A DNA stretch of 64,000 nt, from the NCBI GenBank assembly GCA_973895155.1, contig OZ316894.1, forward strand, positions 22,291,867 through 22,355,866, given 5' to 3'. Shown one piece after another: positions 61,850 through 64,000 of this stretch. Origin of the DNA: Marsupella aquatica (Eukaryota > Plantae > Marchantiophyta). Made by a program: the position numbers and the translations under genes. The notes beneath the pieces are model-generated. The model was not told the DNA's origin. It worked only from the letters and a program-made list of their open reading frames with translations, and made no database searches. Position 1 is the stretch's first letter. Each line of letters begins with the position of its first letter.

Positions 61850-62246
61850 CTTTTGCAACAACGTCTTTTTGACATGGACCCACATCTTGTATGCAACACC
61901 TTATGTGCGATGCACGCATATTGAACACTACCACAACAATTGTATGGTCAGCATCACACATAACATCATGTCTCAACAACTACATCACAAAAGCCTATAT
62001 TTTCTTGGCTCTTTCCTTGACATGTTTTCTCGCCTAGACATATTTTCCTTTCCTCAACATCTTTTTCTTACCTTTTATTACATCTCTTTTCATCTTTTTT
62101 TCTCCTTGACATCTTTTCTCACCACAGCTTATTTTCCTCACCTCAACATCCTTTTCTCTCCTCAACATCTTTTCTCTCCTTAACCTCTTTTAATTTCTCA
62201 CCTTGGTATCTTTGGTGCAACTTGCAATGCACGGGCATTGGGCTAG
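61850..62246 (+). mobile_element. Helitron-like element 3' portion, same family as 28446-29800
   Basis: Ends TGCAATGCACGGGCATTGGGCTAG|T and is preceded by CAACATCTTTTCTCTC repeats, the reverse complement of the 28.5-kb satellite motif. Confidence 0.68.
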
Positions 62247-62846
62247 TGAGTCTTACAATAATGTAATTATTCCCACATAAATGAATCATTTTTCAAGCAC
62301 ATGTCTCAAACACCTTGCCAAACTATAATTCAATGTGTTGATTTATATTCAATTTGTAAATTAAGAATCTAAACCTATCACTATATTCATTAAAACTGTA
62401 CTTTTAAAAGTCCATAAGATGAACCCTAAAGTTTTTTTTTTCAGGCCAAATTTCTATTAAAGCATTCCCAAAAGCTAATTTTTTTCAGCCCAAATATACA
62501 CTTTTGAACGCCCAAAATTTTGTTTTTTTTCACCCAAATGTTTAATAATAACTTAAATCATATATTCTAATTAATTTAAAAATTAGAGTAAATTTAATTT
62601 AGTCCAAAAATCAGAGGCCAATACCACTCAGACCATCTATAAATTAAAAAATATAGATGGTCATAAATCAAGGGTCAAAATGAGATTGACCCACTATATA
62701 ATTATTAAATTGTCCAATCCAGTGAGAGAGCCTCACACTAAGCATATATCCTAATTATTTACTTTATCCTACATGTTCAAAACATATCCTTTCAAGACAT
62801 AATATGAATGTACAATTCAGGGTAGGCACTAGAGCAACCCTATCTC

Positions 62847-63896
62847 CTAATGATCAAGACAAAACTCATTTGAACAAGAAAGTCTGCTTCCTGATTTATC
62901 ATAGCGGATGTCACGGTTGCAAGTATCTCTCGCATGGTGGTTCTTAAACTTATTGGTGAGATCCCTAGTTCTGAGAACTTTCCAAATAAAATGCCTTCTA
63001 TTTTGTGTATGAGGACCAGAATAGTTGTCTCCAAGTATTACGTTTGCAGTTTCTTCGATCTCATCCGTGGTCCACGTCTCCAGTGGTGGGTAATGCTGCA
63101 CCTCGTTCTTTCCGTCCCAAGGAATCTCTTCAGGAGTCACATCCAAGATGGTTCCAAACTCCCTATGGATACAACGACAATCTCCCCACTTCTGTTCCAA
63201 AAGAGCATAGATGGCAGCATGATCCTCCTTGCTTGTTAATAAATTGAAAACAGACCACTTTGGATTGTTGACAGTGATATAATGTTGAACGCAGTAAGCC
63301 TTTCTCAATTTGCAAAGATACGGCCATAATATCTCGGGCAAAAAAGTGTCATTTGAAGCTGTGTGAGTAAATGGATTTGGAAACAATCCATTCACGTCAT
63401 AATTCAAAAATGCCTTCAATGGAGAATCATCAATAAGAACTGTATTAGAAGCATCATATTTTTCTGGAAAACGGTCCCAAATGGTTTGCAAATTCTTCAG
63501 AAGTAAATTGGCCTTCCCATCTGTTATATCTGGCCTTTGGATGCAACTATCAAAGGTATCTTCTTGAGTAAAGACAAACTTGAACTTTTGTCGCTCCTCC
63601 TCAGTGAAAATCAACTCCATTAAGTCCATTGTTTTTGGCCTCCTTGCACAGGTCCAAATTGCGACGTCAAAAACCATGAAAGCTGCATATAGAAATTTGT
63701 GGAGGTATGGGCGCTCCACATACATGAAATTAAACCCTCCACGTCTCCCCCAGTGCACACCACGTAAACTTGTCTGATTTCGCCATGGTCCTGAGCTTCT
63801 GGTCTTAATGCAATCCCAACAAATCTTGTTAAGGTCAAGAACCAAGAGCTTTCGCCGGATCGGAGAGTGTAGTATTGGAGTGAATTCTGGAAACAT
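62847..63896 (-). CDS. Intronless FCP1/SCP-like (NIF-domain) HAD-superfamily protein, 349 aa
   Basis: RKLLVLDLN (motif I variant), YVERPYLHKFL, FDVAIWTCA, LLKNLQTIW, YDASNTVLIDDSPLKAFLN and NDTFL. Confidence 0.85.
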   Translation of the reverse strand: MFPEFTPILHSPIRRKLLVLDLNKICWDCIKTRSSGPWRNQTSLRGVHWGRRGGFNFMYVERPYLHKFLYAAFMVFDVAIWTCARRPKTMDLMELIFTEEERQKFKFVFTQEDTFDSCIQRPDITDGKANLLLKNLQTIWDRFPEKYDASNTVLIDDSPLKAFLNYDVNGLFPNPFTHTASNDTFLPEILWPYLCKLRKAYCVQHYITVNNPKWSVFNLLTSKEDHAAIYALLEQKWGDCRCIHREFGTILDVTPEEIPWDGKNEVQHYPPLETWTTDEIEETANVILGDNYSGPHTQNRRHFIWKVLRTRDLTNKFKNHHARDTCNRDIRYDKSGSRLSCSNEFCLDH

Positions 63897-64000
63897 TAAT
63901 ATAAGCCTTAGTCAATGCGACTCAAAGTTTAAACAATTACTACGGAGGAAAACTCTCAAAATTTGAAATCAAACAAACTTTGTTATAGCATTTGAAGTAG

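Noticed and set aside
61650-62183. 177-aa plus-strand ORF
   Set aside because: Translates a poly-G run and pyrimidine-rich Helitron repeats; low complexity.

Overview
Eukaryotic nuclear DNA from a land plant, with spliceosomal introns and plant-type genes and transposons. A bryophyte such as a liverwort is my inference only. Apparently intact genes: (1) a single-exon unknown protein with a C-terminal hydrophobic helix (3162-3788 +); (2) a 3-exon, 624-aa membrane carbon-nitrogen hydrolase resembling bacterial apolipoprotein N-acyltransferase Lnt (13906-16392 -); (3) a 3-exon GT47/exostosin glycosyltransferase with a GC-AG intron (19218-21198 -); (4) a 13-exon ABHD11-like alpha/beta hydrolase (37743-42227 +); (5) an intronless FCP1/SCP-like HAD protein (62847-63896 -). 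Decayed genes: a receptor-like kinase, a frameshifted second GT47 copy and a degenerate spliced ORF of unknown function. Mobile DNA: a full-length decayed Ty1/copia element (54288-60146, GTGGG target-site duplication) inserted at the end of an L1-like LINE remnant, two related Helitron-like elements, and several MITE/foldback elements and minisatellites. Two observations stand out. The copia element carries an antisense ORF in its 3' UTR encoding an RNase H1 hybrid-binding / caulimovirus-viroplasmin-type domain. The Lnt-like gene is a horizontal-transfer candidate. All domain calls come from motif recognition by eye; no searches were run.
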